64,000 nucleotides of DNA. Source: a virus. Its lineage: Duplodnaviria > Caudoviricetes. The notes beneath the pieces were generated by a model. The model was not told the origin of the DNA. It saw only the letters and a list, made by a program, of their open reading frames with translations, and did no database searches. The stretch is taken from positions 192,001 to 256,000 of the IMG/VR virus record IMGVR_UViG_3300028888_000047. One strand, given 5' to 3'. Within the stretch, counting starts at the first letter, position 1. Each line of letters starts with the position of its first letter. Positions 10,191 through 21,333 of this stretch are shown in pieces. A program made the translations under genes and the position numbers.

Positions 10191-11219
10191 TCAAAAAGTA
10201 TATGTAATACTACCCCAATCATAATAGTAATCTGAATTAGGTAATCTACGATATACTCTTATAGTGTTATTATAATGATATTGATAAGGGTTGTAAGGCT
10301 GTACTTTAATGATTACATCCATAGCACCTGGATTAGAAGCATCTGGCAAGAAATCTATACTATCAATTCCATAAGAGCTGTAATCTTTTGTGTATCCTGT
10401 CTCACTAGAAACATAAAGGTCTGGTTGGTCAGTACAATCCCAGTAATAACCAAAGTGAATAATATTTTTACCTTTATCTTCCTTTGGAGAACATCCATCA
10501 ATCCCACTAGGAGAAGGCCAAATATATTTACCATCTATATCTACATAAATGCCACCACAACCTCCATAGTGGCATGGGTCATCTGCCGCTGGTTGATTGA
10601 TTGTTACCTCTTTGCCGCTACAAGGAGAGCCATCAATATATGGCGTAATTGTTATAGTTCTATCATCACCAGTAGATGGGTTTTCTGTTAATGTGACAAA
10701 TACATTATTACCGCTTTTTTGAATTCCTCCGGTGGTTCCAGAACCGCTAATTCTAAATTCAAAAGCATTGAAACAACTTGGCTCATTTAATGTATATATA
10801 TTAATAGAGCCTCCTTGAGAATCTGCGTTCATTGTAGCACTAACTCTCGATATTGAATCACAACCACAAGTTGGAGGTTCTGGTGTTGGTTCTGGACTTG
10901 GTTGATTCAAAGTCAATGCTGAGCATGGGCAACTTGGTGTAGGCTCTTGCCCTTGTTGTGTAACAGTAATAGTACTGTTTGAACATGAGTTAGAGCCTAT
11001 CTTTGGAGTTAAAGTAACCGTACGAGTGGAATCAGCACTTAACTCCCCCGCACTAATTTGAACCGTGCTATTTGAATCATTAAATGTTACGTTAAAATAA
11101 CCAGTTTGGCTTTGTGTGACAACCCAATCACTTGAAGTCAACGAACCATAGCAATCAGATAAATTCCACGAGTAAGTTACGCTACCGCCAGAAGATGGAA
11201 ATGTTTTATTATATGCCAT
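10191..11219 (-). CDS. Cys-linked BACON/Ig-like repeat virion protein
   Basis: RT.T.TP...C...ITVTQ modules with CPC and CGC linkers. Confidence 0.65.
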   Translation of the reverse strand: MAYNKTFPSSGGSVTYSWNLSDCYGSLTSSDWVVTQSQTGYFNVTFNDSNSTVQISAGELSADSTRTVTLTPKIGSNSCSNSTITVTQQGQEPTPSCPCSALTLNQPSPEPTPEPPTCGCDSISRVSATMNADSQGGSINIYTLNEPSCFNAFEFRISGSGTTGGIQKSGNNVFVTLTENPSTGDDRTITITPYIDGSPCSGKEVTINQPAADDPCHYGGCGGIYVDIDGKYIWPSPSGIDGCSPKEDKGKNIIHFGYYWDCTDQPDLYVSSETGYTKDYSSYGIDSIDFLPDASNPGAMDVIIKVQPYNPYQYHYNNTIRVYRRLPNSDYYYDWGSITYTF

Positions 11220-11229
11220 TTTTTATTTA

Positions 11230-12735
11230 TTATGTATATTTGTTATTAATGTCATCCACAATATTAAAATGTAAAACGTCATGGTGAATTATTTCTTCCA
11301 TGCCGTATTTTATTTTAATATCCAAATAATATTTCTGCGGTATTAAAATATTTGTATCAATAAGAATATAGTTTTCAAGGAATGTTTTATTGACTGGTTC
11401 CCAATGTAATACATCAAATTCTCTTGTTCCGTCCTTAATATAAAGTCTTGTTTCCATTCCATTTATTAATTCATATTCCTTTGTTTCATATTCAACGCGA
11501 GCCAATATATTAACCTTTCTAATATCACCACGTTTAATATCTTCATCTGTGTTTATTCCTGAAACATTTGGAATGAATCGTTTATTATTTTCCAATTTAT
11601 TACCAATGTTGAAAAACATATTTGGAGATTTCAATGTAAAATCAAGTTCAACCGGAGATAATTCGCTTCCTTCATATTTTATATTTTTCCAAGTATCATA
11701 TAACATTGTATCTTCTTCTCTATTTGATATTTTCAAATCAATGTAATATATACCTTTTGAAAAATGCTTCGCCTCAACATTTTCCAATAAATTTCCTGAA
11801 GCGTCTTCAACAACATCTTCATTTGAATCAGTTATTGTAACTGTAGGTAATTCATCCAAATCAGTTAATTGGCCTCCTAAGTTACAATATAGATATAGTT
11901 TATTATCTTTATTCAAAATGAAGTTTGCCCTATCATCATCAACGTAATCATGATATTGTGTTTCAACAAATGGTTCAAAAAATGTATTAGTTTTATTCGT
12001 GAACCATGATGAGTAGTGTTCTGTTAAACTTATAACTCCATTTTTAGCCCCACCAGAGCGTTCTAACATTGGAGAGTAAGCAATACCAATGCCATAGTTT
12101 TCTAACTCACCAGAGACGAATTTGTTAACAATATCAGTTATATCCAAATCTATGCTTTCTCCGCCAACTTCAAACCTTTGCCTTGCGAATATAATATCGC
12201 TTCCTTCATCTGAGGAAAACTTATCATATTCCTTTGTTAATGTTTCGTTTGTATAAACACCTTCTTCATCCCAATTAAGACCATTTCTCCTTTGATACCA
12301 ATTGCAGCCGTCTGTGGAAACCAATCTATTTCCCCAAAATTCACTCTTGGTGTCATAATAATCTTCCTGAAATTTGTTTCTTGAATAATCGAAGCCTTTT
12401 CCAGCATCCCATCTTTTTGGAATTAAAAAGAAAATAAGGTCAAAAGATGAAGCCCTTCTGCTTTTGCATTCATTAACAGAGCTACATTTTTGACTATGCA
12501 ATATGGTAAAGTCAACGCTGCCTGCGTTTGTTATCTTAAGTCTATGTGTTATCTTTGACTTATCAGGCATTGTACCATCTTCCATCATTTTCTTTATCTT
12601 GCTATGGTCAAAATAAAGCAACATTCTTGAAACATTTTTACCATATAAGATTTCAGATACAGGATTCAAACTTGTATTAATATTTGAACCCTTTATGATT
12701 GTATTGATTTTTTCTATAAACGTTTTATATATCAT
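11230..12735 (-). CDS. putative virion structural protein
   Basis: 501 aa, late-type motif upstream, adjacent to baseplate spike. Confidence 0.6.
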   Translation of the reverse strand: MIYKTFIEKINTIIKGSNINTSLNPVSEILYGKNVSRMLLYFDHSKIKKMMEDGTMPDKSKITHRLKITNAGSVDFTILHSQKCSSVNECKSRRASSFDLIFFLIPKRWDAGKGFDYSRNKFQEDYYDTKSEFWGNRLVSTDGCNWYQRRNGLNWDEEGVYTNETLTKEYDKFSSDEGSDIIFARQRFEVGGESIDLDITDIVNKFVSGELENYGIGIAYSPMLERSGGAKNGVISLTEHYSSWFTNKTNTFFEPFVETQYHDYVDDDRANFILNKDNKLYLYCNLGGQLTDLDELPTVTITDSNEDVVEDASGNLLENVEAKHFSKGIYYIDLKISNREEDTMLYDTWKNIKYEGSELSPVELDFTLKSPNMFFNIGNKLENNKRFIPNVSGINTDEDIKRGDIRKVNILARVEYETKEYELINGMETRLYIKDGTREFDVLHWEPVNKTFLENYILIDTNILIPQKYYLDIKIKYGMEEIIHHDVLHFNIVDDINNKYT

Positions 12736-12756
12736 TTTCTTTTTTAATAATAAATA

Positions 12757-13677
12757 TTAGGAAATTCTAACATGTTTTGATAATATGTCATCCAATTTAT
12801 TCAGCCAATCAGCATTATCCTTTACATACTCTGCCATTGATGGCGGCATTCCTGCAAATGGATGAACATGTGTAATAATTGCCTTAATCATTACATCCAA
12901 CACTTTAACCAAAACATCACCCATTGGAACTTGATGTAATTTTGACATCATTTTATCAAGGTCTTCGTTTTTAATTAATTGCTCCGTATCAGTTAAATCA
13001 AATGCATTATCGTCTTTATTGCTTATTATATTGATTTTATCAGCGACCAAGTTAATAACGCTATTTGCTTCTTGATTATATTCTTTTGTTAATGCTTTTT
13101 TATATTTCAATTGAATATAAGCCGGGTCTAATTTATTAAATACAACTTTTCCAACCACAGCTTCTCCATTTCTTGAATCTCCAAGTGTTGAATCGTTTCT
13201 GATTCCGCACCTAATGTCAATTTCATCACCAACGTCTTTTGAATCCCTTAATATAATATCTTGGCTTGTTCTGCCCAATACAGCCACATCATCAACTGTC
13301 GGAAAAGAGCCAAAAGTTTCCTTATAATTTGATATTTTCTCAAGTGGTTCTATTGTTCCTCCATCTATTAATGATGTTGCGTTTCCCCTTCCATAAGAAT
13401 ACTCACATTTTTCTTGAAATTGAGGTTGTGATATAATCGGTCCAAGGTAATATCGTTGACTTTCAGCATTATCTGACATTGTTGTTATGACAAATGCCCC
13501 TTCTCCTATTTTTGGAACAGATTGAAACGTTTTTGGCAACAATGGAAATGAATAAGGTATTTGTTCCAATGGTTTTGTTCCATCCTGTTGAATTCTCACC
13601 TTAATTCTTAATCCATCAGCTGTATCTTGGACCATTTCAACTTGTCCTTTTTTAATTATTGACTGACCGTTATCCAT
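12757..13677 (-). CDS. baseplate central spike (gp5/gpV-like)
   Basis: N-terminal OB-fold-like RIKVRI...PK.GE and C-terminal THVHP metal-binding HxH. Confidence 0.7.
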   Translation of the reverse strand: MDNGQSIIKKGQVEMVQDTADGLRIKVRIQQDGTKPLEQIPYSFPLLPKTFQSVPKIGEGAFVITTMSDNAESQRYYLGPIISQPQFQEKCEYSYGRGNATSLIDGGTIEPLEKISNYKETFGSFPTVDDVAVLGRTSQDIILRDSKDVGDEIDIRCGIRNDSTLGDSRNGEAVVGKVVFNKLDPAYIQLKYKKALTKEYNQEANSVINLVADKINIISNKDDNAFDLTDTEQLIKNEDLDKMMSKLHQVPMGDVLVKVLDVMIKAIITHVHPFAGMPPSMAEYVKDNADWLNKLDDILSKHVRIS

Positions 13678-13862
13678 TAAAATATACCTTTATTCCTATT
13701 GCTTATTTCTTGTTTTGTCTTTAAATATAGAGTATCAAGCTCTTTCATTTTTTCCATTAATTCAAGAACTTTTATTTTTGTACTTTCATATTCATTTTCA
13801 AGTTTTTTTAACTCTATATTTAATTCATCATTGGTTAGATTTTTGTAATCAATTGTTCTCAT
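13677..13862 (-). CDS. small coiled-coil protein
   Basis: Start reassigned to MRTIDY. Confidence 0.6.
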   Translation of the reverse strand: MRTIDYKNLTNDELNIELKKLENEYESTKIKVLELMEKMKELDTLYLKTKQEISNRNKGIF

Positions 13863-13863
13863 A

Positions 13864-14256
13864 TTATTGTACAATAGCTTGTCCTTTACTAAAATTAATA
13901 TTAATTCCTTGTGATACAACTGGTCCCGCTGAATTAGCACCAGTTGTTAATACAGATATTGCTCCCGGCATATGCGCAACTTGTATATTAGCGTCTTCTT
14001 TAATTGCTCTAAACACTTCTTCAACAATTGCTATCACCAATGCAACTGTTTTATTTTCACTTCCATCTGGCATTGCTTCTGTAGGTATACTATGTTTGCT
14101 TAATGCTTTTACAATATTTCCTGTGGATATAACAGAAGACAATCCGGGTTTTTGCGTACAGCCTATTGCCATAAGCATTCCTGGAATTTCGGGCGCTGGC
14201 TGCCTTGTTATGTTAAATAATGCTTTAATTGCATTAGATATTTCAGATATACTCAT
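13864..14256 (-). CDS. hypothetical structural protein
   Basis: Start MSISEI; in baseplate operon. Confidence 0.65.
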   Translation of the reverse strand: MSISEISNAIKALFNITRQPAPEIPGMLMAIGCTQKPGLSSVISTGNIVKALSKHSIPTEAMPDGSENKTVALVIAIVEEVFRAIKEDANIQVAHMPGAISVLTTGANSAGPVVSQGININFSKGQAIVQ

Positions 14257-14258
14257 TT

Positions 14259-16757
14259 TTAACAATTATTATTTATTGGTGCATTATCTTTATTATCACT
14301 AGGATATATGTCAGCGTAGAATACGTCATCAAGAATTGTTGCCAAATCTGTATCTGTCATATTGCTAAAGTCATAATTATTACCGTATTTATCATTAAAT
14401 CTGCTTGCTACTGAAGATAATATAGAACTTGCTCTTCCTACAGTATCAACTCCTTTATTAAACCACGATAATAACAATCTTATGATTGCCATATATGCAG
14501 CAAATTGTTCTGAAAATACTTTTGCTTGAATTTGTAATGCCATTGGGGTTAAATATTTTAATATATAATCCAATATTTTTTGCATTATTAAATCACGCAC
14601 TTCTCTCACCAACGATTTAATTACGCTTTTCAATAGTTTCATCAAATCTTCTGCATTTAATGGTTCTTCATCCATTCCATTCATCAGCTCATTATTAATG
14701 AATAACAACATTAATAATTTTGGACTAAACAGCGCATCAACCATTGCTGCAACTAATTGCTGCAAAATATTTGTCAGGAAATCAATTTCAACCGTGCTAT
14801 TGTCTGTTGACAATGTTGTATTGTTTTTATTTCCAATACCATTACATGCGGCAATTAATGCTTTATTGATTACTTCTTTCTTTTCCTCATCAGTACCGTT
14901 TTCGGGGAATGTTTCTAATATTTTATTAACTTCAGTAAAATCTATTGTTATCCCCTCGTTATAGCCTTGATTATATGGTAATTGTCTATACCTTATCTCT
15001 TCAGTTTTTTTTAGCATTTCATCATATTGCTCATTGGAAAAGGTATAAAAGCAATCCATAATTTCATCCCCATCTTCTTCAAGGATTTCTTTAACTATTT
15101 CAACAATGTGTTGTTTTCCTGTTATAAATGGGTGTTGTTTTTTATTCTTAAGTTTGTTTAAAGTAAATTGAAAGTCTGCATCGTAGTAAGGGTTTGCTGC
15201 ATTATCAAAAATTCTTTGGCACACAACTTTTGGGTCAAATAATTTCATACCCATTATATAGTCATAGTTAAATTCATATACTGTTAAACCCGGATAACAT
15301 TCAACAAGAATTGAACTTAAATTGGTGACATTATCTAAATAATATTTACCTGTTTTTGTGTTTACATATAATTCTCCTCCTTTTTCATGTATTCCGCCTT
15401 GTGTAATTCCATAAACATCATATTTAATAAAATCACCATCAACAACCCCACGACTCAAAGTTGGCTGTAAATCATATGTTTCTGAAATTAAAGAGAATTT
15501 TCCTTTTTGGTCAGGATTACCATCAGCATCAAATAGCAATCTGATTGGCCTCCATTGTAATTTTACGTCTCCTTCTGATGTTTTATTCACAGAAGGTCCT
15601 AGTACATATGGTTTTGGCAATATTGTAAATCTAAAGTTATATGGTGCTCTTGGTATTTCATGACCCTTATAATCATATTGTGGGCAAAATCTTATATTAC
15701 AAATGGCTTTTTCTTCAGAATAATTTCTATTAGACTTTTTCCTATATCCAAGATTTGAATTATAATAATTTGTTTTATCAACATACCAATTGCAACTAAA
15801 CCAATCTGATGACACTGGAACCAAAGTATTGCTTATCACATTACCTTCATCGTCAACATTACTCTTAATGCAAATTGCTATGTTATTTGGACTTTTATAT
15901 TCAAATAACGTAGTTCCTGCAATAATATTAGATTCGCCATTAATTGGTCTTACTGTAACTTCTCCCAATAAAGATGTGCCTCCACCAATTATTTCATAAA
16001 TGATGTCGTTTATAGAGAAAGTGCCATCACCTGATATGTTTATCCCTATAGGGTTTTGTTTATTTCCTTTATGAACAACATACCATAGGAAAGCATTAAA
16101 ATCATCTGCCCTAACCAATTTTGCTGTTCTTGAATTACCTCCGCCGACAACTTTAACCTCATCAAGCAATATGCTATCATCATACTTTGATATTACTTTT
16201 TTAATTGAATCATCTAAATCTTTATCATTACCACAGCCAAAATAATACAATTTGCCAGGATAAGTAAATGGTGATAGGTCAAGAATACCTTCGGGGTCAA
16301 TTGCGTCAATATTTATGTATAGTCCTCTATCTTCATTTATACCTGTTAATATGTTTGTATAAACAGAATCAGACACTTTCTTCCTCAAACGTTGTGGTAT
16401 TCTTGGGTCTGTATTACAAGAAACTAAAGCTTTTATATTAGATAAAAGAGATGCTTTTACTCCTGTTTCAACAGCCGGTAGTGTATAAACTAATATCTCT
16501 ACAATCCATTCTCTTAATGTATCTCTATCAACCCCAAGAGTTCTTAATATGTTGAATAAAAATCCCAATGGGCTTGCTGAAAACGTAAAAGAATTTGCAT
16601 TAATAATATCAAGCGTAGAATCAACAAAATCTGGCAATGTTTCTAATATTGCCATAGTTGCGTCAATTCTACTAAACACTTCACGTTGTTTATTTACCGC
16701 TCTATTATAATTCCTAACGTTTAAAGTTCCTTTACTGTTTATAAGAGGATTAGCCAT
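14259..16757 (-). CDS. large hypothetical protein, probably structural
   Basis: 832 aa with helical termini; in operon with the spike gene. Confidence 0.7.
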   Translation of the reverse strand: MANPLINSKGTLNVRNYNRAVNKQREVFSRIDATMAILETLPDFVDSTLDIINANSFTFSASPLGFLFNILRTLGVDRDTLREWIVEILVYTLPAVETGVKASLLSNIKALVSCNTDPRIPQRLRKKVSDSVYTNILTGINEDRGLYINIDAIDPEGILDLSPFTYPGKLYYFGCGNDKDLDDSIKKVISKYDDSILLDEVKVVGGGNSRTAKLVRADDFNAFLWYVVHKGNKQNPIGINISGDGTFSINDIIYEIIGGGTSLLGEVTVRPINGESNIIAGTTLFEYKSPNNIAICIKSNVDDEGNVISNTLVPVSSDWFSCNWYVDKTNYYNSNLGYRKKSNRNYSEEKAICNIRFCPQYDYKGHEIPRAPYNFRFTILPKPYVLGPSVNKTSEGDVKLQWRPIRLLFDADGNPDQKGKFSLISETYDLQPTLSRGVVDGDFIKYDVYGITQGGIHEKGGELYVNTKTGKYYLDNVTNLSSILVECYPGLTVYEFNYDYIMGMKLFDPKVVCQRIFDNAANPYYDADFQFTLNKLKNKKQHPFITGKQHIVEIVKEILEEDGDEIMDCFYTFSNEQYDEMLKKTEEIRYRQLPYNQGYNEGITIDFTEVNKILETFPENGTDEEKKEVINKALIAACNGIGNKNNTTLSTDNSTVEIDFLTNILQQLVAAMVDALFSPKLLMLLFINNELMNGMDEEPLNAEDLMKLLKSVIKSLVREVRDLIMQKILDYILKYLTPMALQIQAKVFSEQFAAYMAIIRLLLSWFNKGVDTVGRASSILSSVASRFNDKYGNNYDFSNMTDTDLATILDDVFYADIYPSDNKDNAPINNNC

Positions 16758-17158
16758 TACTTCTTATTTAATTCAATTGTTTTAGTTTGTTCCTTTTCTT
16801 CGTGCATGCTTTTTACCATTTCCTTAATCTTCGAAAGGTCAAATGCCTGTTTTCCTGCTGATTGCGCATCTGATAACGCAGAACCAACATTGCCATTATG
16901 ATGCAATATTTCGGTCATTAACTTGGCTATTTCAACCTTTTTTGAAATTGCCTTATCAATAATTCCAAGGTAATCGTTTATGGATTTTGCATATTTGCTT
17001 TTAGAATCCATTACCTCATTTTGTAATTGTGTTGCATTTGCCAATTTGTTAATCTCATTTTGTGCTTGAACTATTTGGGCATCTGATAAATCATATGCCA
17101 TCTGTAATACGTCTCGTACATTTTGAGAATCATTTAATTCTATTTTAAATTTTGCCAT
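16757..17158 (-). CDS. hypothetical helical protein
   Basis: 133-aa ORF coupled to next gene. Confidence 0.7.
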   Translation of the reverse strand: MAKFKIELNDSQNVRDVLQMAYDLSDAQIVQAQNEINKLANATQLQNEVMDSKSKYAKSINDYLGIIDKAISKKVEIAKLMTEILHHNGNVGSALSDAQSAGKQAFDLSKIKEMVKSMHEEKEQTKTIELNKK

Positions 17159-17170
17159 AGTTTTATATCT

Positions 17171-17719
17171 TTAAAAAGGTGATTCAAAATCTTTTAAAAA
17201 TGGATGTTTAGTGTCTTTTTCTGATAATATGGCTTTATCTGTAGGTATTTTCCAATCAATACCCAATGATTCATCAAGAATGTTAATTCCTCCATCTGCT
17301 TCTGGATGATAAAAATTATCACATTTATATTGGAATATTGCCTCATCACTTAATACCGCAAAGCCATGCGCAAAACCCTTTGGAATAAATAATTGCCTAT
17401 GGTTATCTTCTGTAAGCTCTACGGCAACGTGTTTGCCATATGTTGGACTATCCTTTCTCAAATCAACAGCAACGTCTAATACAAAACCTTTAACGCATCT
17501 TACAAGCTTTGCTTGTGTATATGGCGGCCTTTGAAAATGAAGCCCTCTCATAACGCCATAAGTGGATTTTGATTCATTATCCTGTATGAAGTCAACAAAT
17601 TTTACTTTGTTAATAAAATTCAAATCGTTGTATGATTCAAAAAAATAGCCCCTTGAGTCATTAAATATTTTTGGTTCTATAATGACCACGCCATCCAATT
17701 CAGTTTCAATTACGTTCAT
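17171..17719 (-). CDS. rfbC: dTDP-4-dehydrorhamnose 3,5-epimerase
   Basis: DSRGYFFES, QDNES, RGLHFQ, DVAVDLR, GFAHGF, YKCD motifs. Confidence 0.95.
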   Translation of the reverse strand: MNVIETELDGVVIIEPKIFNDSRGYFFESYNDLNFINKVKFVDFIQDNESKSTYGVMRGLHFQRPPYTQAKLVRCVKGFVLDVAVDLRKDSPTYGKHVAVELTEDNHRQLFIPKGFAHGFAVLSDEAIFQYKCDNFYHPEADGGINILDESLGIDWKIPTDKAILSEKDTKHPFLKDFESPF

Positions 17720-17739
17720 TACAATAAATATTACGATAA

Positions 17740-18480
17740 TTATTCTTCAAGCATTTGTTTTTTTAATAAATAATATGACGCTTTGAACCCCTTCATTGAG
17801 TCTCTTATGTCCTTTGTGGATAAAAGCGTTGTTTCTTTTAAAAAAAACAATATTGAGCTTTTATTAAATTTATCACTACCTGTTCTTGCAAATAATTCTT
17901 CCCAATTTGTCAATATCTCAACCAATGCTTTTCCTACCTTAATTTGGTTATCTGTTAATTTATTCTTAACCGGGTCATCCAATTCATTTTGAATATCTTT
18001 TGCTGTTTTTCTCATCAGTTCATTAAGAAACTCTAAATTATTTTGTCCACCGTTATATGAATATCTTAATGCATCTGTAATATCTGACATTTCTTCAGTA
18101 TTATATGCATCATATGAACTATTCCTCTTTTGGTTTTTAACAAATTGATTTATTTTATATATTAAATAATTTTTAATTATCGTTCCACAGTAGGAATAAC
18201 TTTTATAACCACTGTCGGGGTCAAAATTTTCAATTTTTGTCATTAAAAATGACATTGTATCATCAAATGTCTCTTGAAAGCTTTCGTCAGGTGGGTATAA
18301 ATTATATCGCCTGATAATAGATTCTGTCATTTTTGTAAAAGCAGGTTTTAATACTGTGTTAAATATCTTTTCCTTTTCTTCCTTGTTTTCGCATCTAAGA
18401 TATTCTCTGAATTTTTCCTCCTGCTCCTCATACCAATATCCTTTTCTGGATTTTCCCGGTTTTCTACCTCTTTTTGCCAT
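17740..18480 (-). CDS. phage late-transcription sigma factor (T4 gp55-like)
   Basis: Region-2-like KIENFDPDSGYKSYSYCGTIIKNY. Confidence 0.6.
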   Translation of the reverse strand: MAKRGRKPGKSRKGYWYEEQEEKFREYLRCENKEEKEKIFNTVLKPAFTKMTESIIRRYNLYPPDESFQETFDDTMSFLMTKIENFDPDSGYKSYSYCGTIIKNYLIYKINQFVKNQKRNSSYDAYNTEEMSDITDALRYSYNGGQNNLEFLNELMRKTAKDIQNELDDPVKNKLTDNQIKVGKALVEILTNWEELFARTGSDKFNKSSILFFLKETTLLSTKDIRDSMKGFKASYYLLKKQMLEE

Positions 18481-18547
18481 TTTAATTTGTAAGAATTTTT
18501 ATTTAAAAAATGGCATTAATAATTATTAATGCCATTCCACTTTTTCA

Positions 18548-19339
18548 TTAGTCCTCAGCCTCTTTATCGGCATTATAAACATATTTTGATTTATCTCTCT
18601 CTTGTTTAAAAAATTGTTCTTTGCGTGCAACATTTACCCAGAAGTTGCTTTCTTTTTCATCAATAGTTGTTTTATATCCTTCTATTAAAGAACCCTTTCT
18701 TCCAAGTTTATGCGCATATCCTATCTTTGGTATAACATATATTTTTTTACCATTGTGTGTTGCTCTCAGCAACCACTCATACCAAAATGTAAGCTTTATT
18801 GATGGTTTTAATCCTCCAACTTCTTTCCAATCTTCGGTATTAAATATTCCACCTGTTAGATAGAAATCAAAAAAGTTTTGAAGACAGTCATTATCAATAT
18901 ACCCAATTTCATTTGAGAAAGAACTTGCCCATACAGCCTCATTACCAACGCCAACAAATTTATTATCGTTTGCGTCAATCAAATCTTCCAATGGTAAGAA
19001 TACACTAATGTCTGAATAGAAATCAACATATTTCTTAAAATTATCAAACCAAATTGGTGTATATTCGTCATCATATTCAAGAATGCTAAACCACTTTGAA
19101 TCTCCAACAGCTTGATTTACAAGGCTACAGAAATCACTAGGTGCGTCAGCGGCTTCGCTTTCATATATGACAATATTTTTATTTTTCTTATATGCCTTTT
19201 TAATATCTTCGCTAAGACCATTCTTACAAGAAATCCTTATTTCAAGGTCTTTTGGAACTGAATTGATTGCCTTTGTAAGAAGTTCCTCAACGTCTTTATT
19301 AAATTCATGTAACGGTATAATTATTACTAAATCTTTCAT
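18548..19339 (-). CDS. GT-A fold glycosyltransferase (GT2-like)
   Basis: VIIIPLH start and LEYDDEY DxD-like motif. Confidence 0.7.
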   Translation of the reverse strand: MKDLVIIIPLHEFNKDVEELLTKAINSVPKDLEIRISCKNGLSEDIKKAYKKNKNIVIYESEAADAPSDFCSLVNQAVGDSKWFSILEYDDEYTPIWFDNFKKYVDFYSDISVFLPLEDLIDANDNKFVGVGNEAVWASSFSNEIGYIDNDCLQNFFDFYLTGGIFNTEDWKEVGGLKPSIKLTFWYEWLLRATHNGKKIYVIPKIGYAHKLGRKGSLIEGYKTTIDEKESNFWVNVARKEQFFKQERDKSKYVYNADKEAED

Positions 19340-19344
19340 ACGAA

Positions 19345-19860
19345 TTACTTTTTATTTTTTTTGTTATTGAAATAGTTTTCAATTATAAGCGATAATAATG
19401 CACAAAATTCTGCTTCTATATCACATTTGCCCATAAAATCGTAACCATCATAATTAATCGCCAAAAAAGAGAATTTTTCAAGGTATGTTAAAAATTCGTC
19501 ATAACTAAAATTATCAACTTTGCATATTACTCTTCTAAGTATTGGGAAAACAATAACGTCAAAATTTACCCCTATTTTTGTTTCATCATCAGGCATACAA
19601 TTGAATTCGTATTTCTTTTTAATCTTAATTACTCTTTCATTTTCCGTTAGTAAATCATGTGAGATATTATCAAATGCAACGGCTATAATCTCTTTCTTTT
19701 CTTCTTCTATTATACCATTAAGGAAACCCATATTTTCCCAACGATTGACTGCTTCTTTAATTACAGCTTCTCCAACATTCCACTTAGACAAATCTTCATA
19801 TCTAAGAGAAGTAACATTTTCTATATTATCCAATACGTATTCTTTTAAAAACTCTGTCAT
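19345..19860 (-). CDS. short protein resembling the N-terminal part of a T4-type major capsid protein
   Basis: RWENMGFLNGI...AVAFDN...FDVIVFPILRRV. Confidence 0.45.
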   Translation of the reverse strand: MTEFLKEYVLDNIENVTSLRYEDLSKWNVGEAVIKEAVNRWENMGFLNGIIEEEKKEIIAVAFDNISHDLLTENERVIKIKKKYEFNCMPDDETKIGVNFDVIVFPILRRVICKVDNFSYDEFLTYLEKFSFLAINYDGYDFMGKCDIEAEFCALLSLIIENYFNNKKNKK

Positions 19861-19863
19861 GGT

Positions 19864-20991
19864 TTACTTTTTATTTTCTTTTTTATTATTGTCTTCCTTT
19901 TCAACATTTCTAATCAATGCCTCAAGCTCCATCTTTCTACCGTTAATATATGCATTTAAAGCATCTTTAAACTCTTTAATTGTTCTTTCCTCTGAATATC
20001 TATCTGTTACCTTCTTTGCTTCGTCAGAAATTTCCTGTGGCACATTATCTGTAATCCAAGAACGAACAACACTTGCAATTTGCCTATGAACATTATTGAA
20101 GTCATCAAACCATACACAACAGTTTCTTAATGTTCCAACATTTTCATCACCGTCAGCATCAATCCATTCAAGAGGAGTATTTGGAACTTTTGCAATTACA
20201 ATAGAACCACTTTTCATGGCTTCTATTGCACTATAACCAAAGCTTGTATCAGTATCTACCCAAATGGTTATTGCAGCATCTCTGAGGGCATTTGCAAAGC
20301 CTTCTTTTGAAAAACCTCTAAGGTCTCTAAAAGACACCCATTTAAATGTCGGATATTTCCAATAGAAAGGTTTAATAATCTTATTAATATCAGATTGGTC
20401 TTTCGCAACAATATTTATTACCATCTTTTTTGGCTCAATTGTATTTCCAAATTTTTTATCAATATACGGTGTAACAACCTTTGTTTTAACATATGGGAAA
20501 ATGTCTTTTATTAGTTCAGCGTTATACTCTGTATTTGTTAAGCAATCCAATATTGCAAAATCCCCCCATTGTGCTGCAAATGGCATCTGTTCGATTAAAT
20601 AGTCATAATTTTGTAAAATTGCAACTCTCTTACATGGCAATTTCTTTGTCTGATTCATAACATTTGAAAAAATCTCAGGTATAAATACAATATCAGAAGG
20701 CGTAATTTCTACCTCGTCTTTTGAAACGTTATAATGTGGTAAGTTTGCATATTCTTCTCCAAGCCATTCAGATACGCCTACAAACTCATCGTTTTTTTCC
20801 AATTGATATAACATTCCGGTTTCATAACCTTCATTTTTCGCAATCATTGCAAGTTTATAGATATACTCCAATGACCCTGAAGCAATGCCTTTGGTATCCA
20901 AAACAAAGAAAAATACTTTATTTTCCTTCTTATCTATTTTTGCAATCTCTTCTTTAACTTTATCTAAAGCCTTTAATTTCTTTTCATCCAT
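19864..20991 (-). CDS. GT-B fold glycosyltransferase (GT4-like)
   Basis: DIVFIPE and SFGYSAIEAMKSGSIVIA motifs. Confidence 0.8.
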   Translation of the reverse strand: MDEKKLKALDKVKEEIAKIDKKENKVFFFVLDTKGIASGSLEYIYKLAMIAKNEGYETGMLYQLEKNDEFVGVSEWLGEEYANLPHYNVSKDEVEITPSDIVFIPEIFSNVMNQTKKLPCKRVAILQNYDYLIEQMPFAAQWGDFAILDCLTNTEYNAELIKDIFPYVKTKVVTPYIDKKFGNTIEPKKMVINIVAKDQSDINKIIKPFYWKYPTFKWVSFRDLRGFSKEGFANALRDAAITIWVDTDTSFGYSAIEAMKSGSIVIAKVPNTPLEWIDADGDENVGTLRNCCVWFDDFNNVHRQIASVVRSWITDNVPQEISDEAKKVTDRYSEERTIKEFKDALNAYINGRKMELEALIRNVEKEDNNKKENKK

Positions 20992-20997
20992 ATTTTA

Positions 20998-21333
20998 TTA
21001 GTTTTCAATTTCTTTAATTAATCCATAACTTCCCATTGTGTTTAATACCATTTTTTGACCCAATGACAATGGTGCAATTTCTTGGTCAAGTTCTACATTA
21101 TCAAGAATATCCATGAACATCTTAATCATATCATATCTTATGGTCTGTCTATTGCTATCTGTACTTTTAACCTCTCTTGTGACTCTCGTTTCGGTTTCAA
21201 GTTTTCCGTCTTCGTTTTTAACCTGTGTCTCGGTGATTTCAACATCACTGCTTCTACCGTCTTCATCGCCAAAGATAAAATCTTTAATTCCATCTAAATC
21301 GTAAATTAAATTTGAATTAATTTGTTTTGCCAT
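20998..21333 (-). CDS. hypothetical protein
   Basis: Start reassigned to MAKQIN. Confidence 0.65.
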   Translation of the reverse strand: MAKQINSNLIYDLDGIKDFIFGDEDGRSSDVEITETQVKNEDGKLETETRVTREVKSTDSNRQTIRYDMIKMFMDILDNVELDQEIAPLSLGQKMVLNTMGSYGLIKEIEN

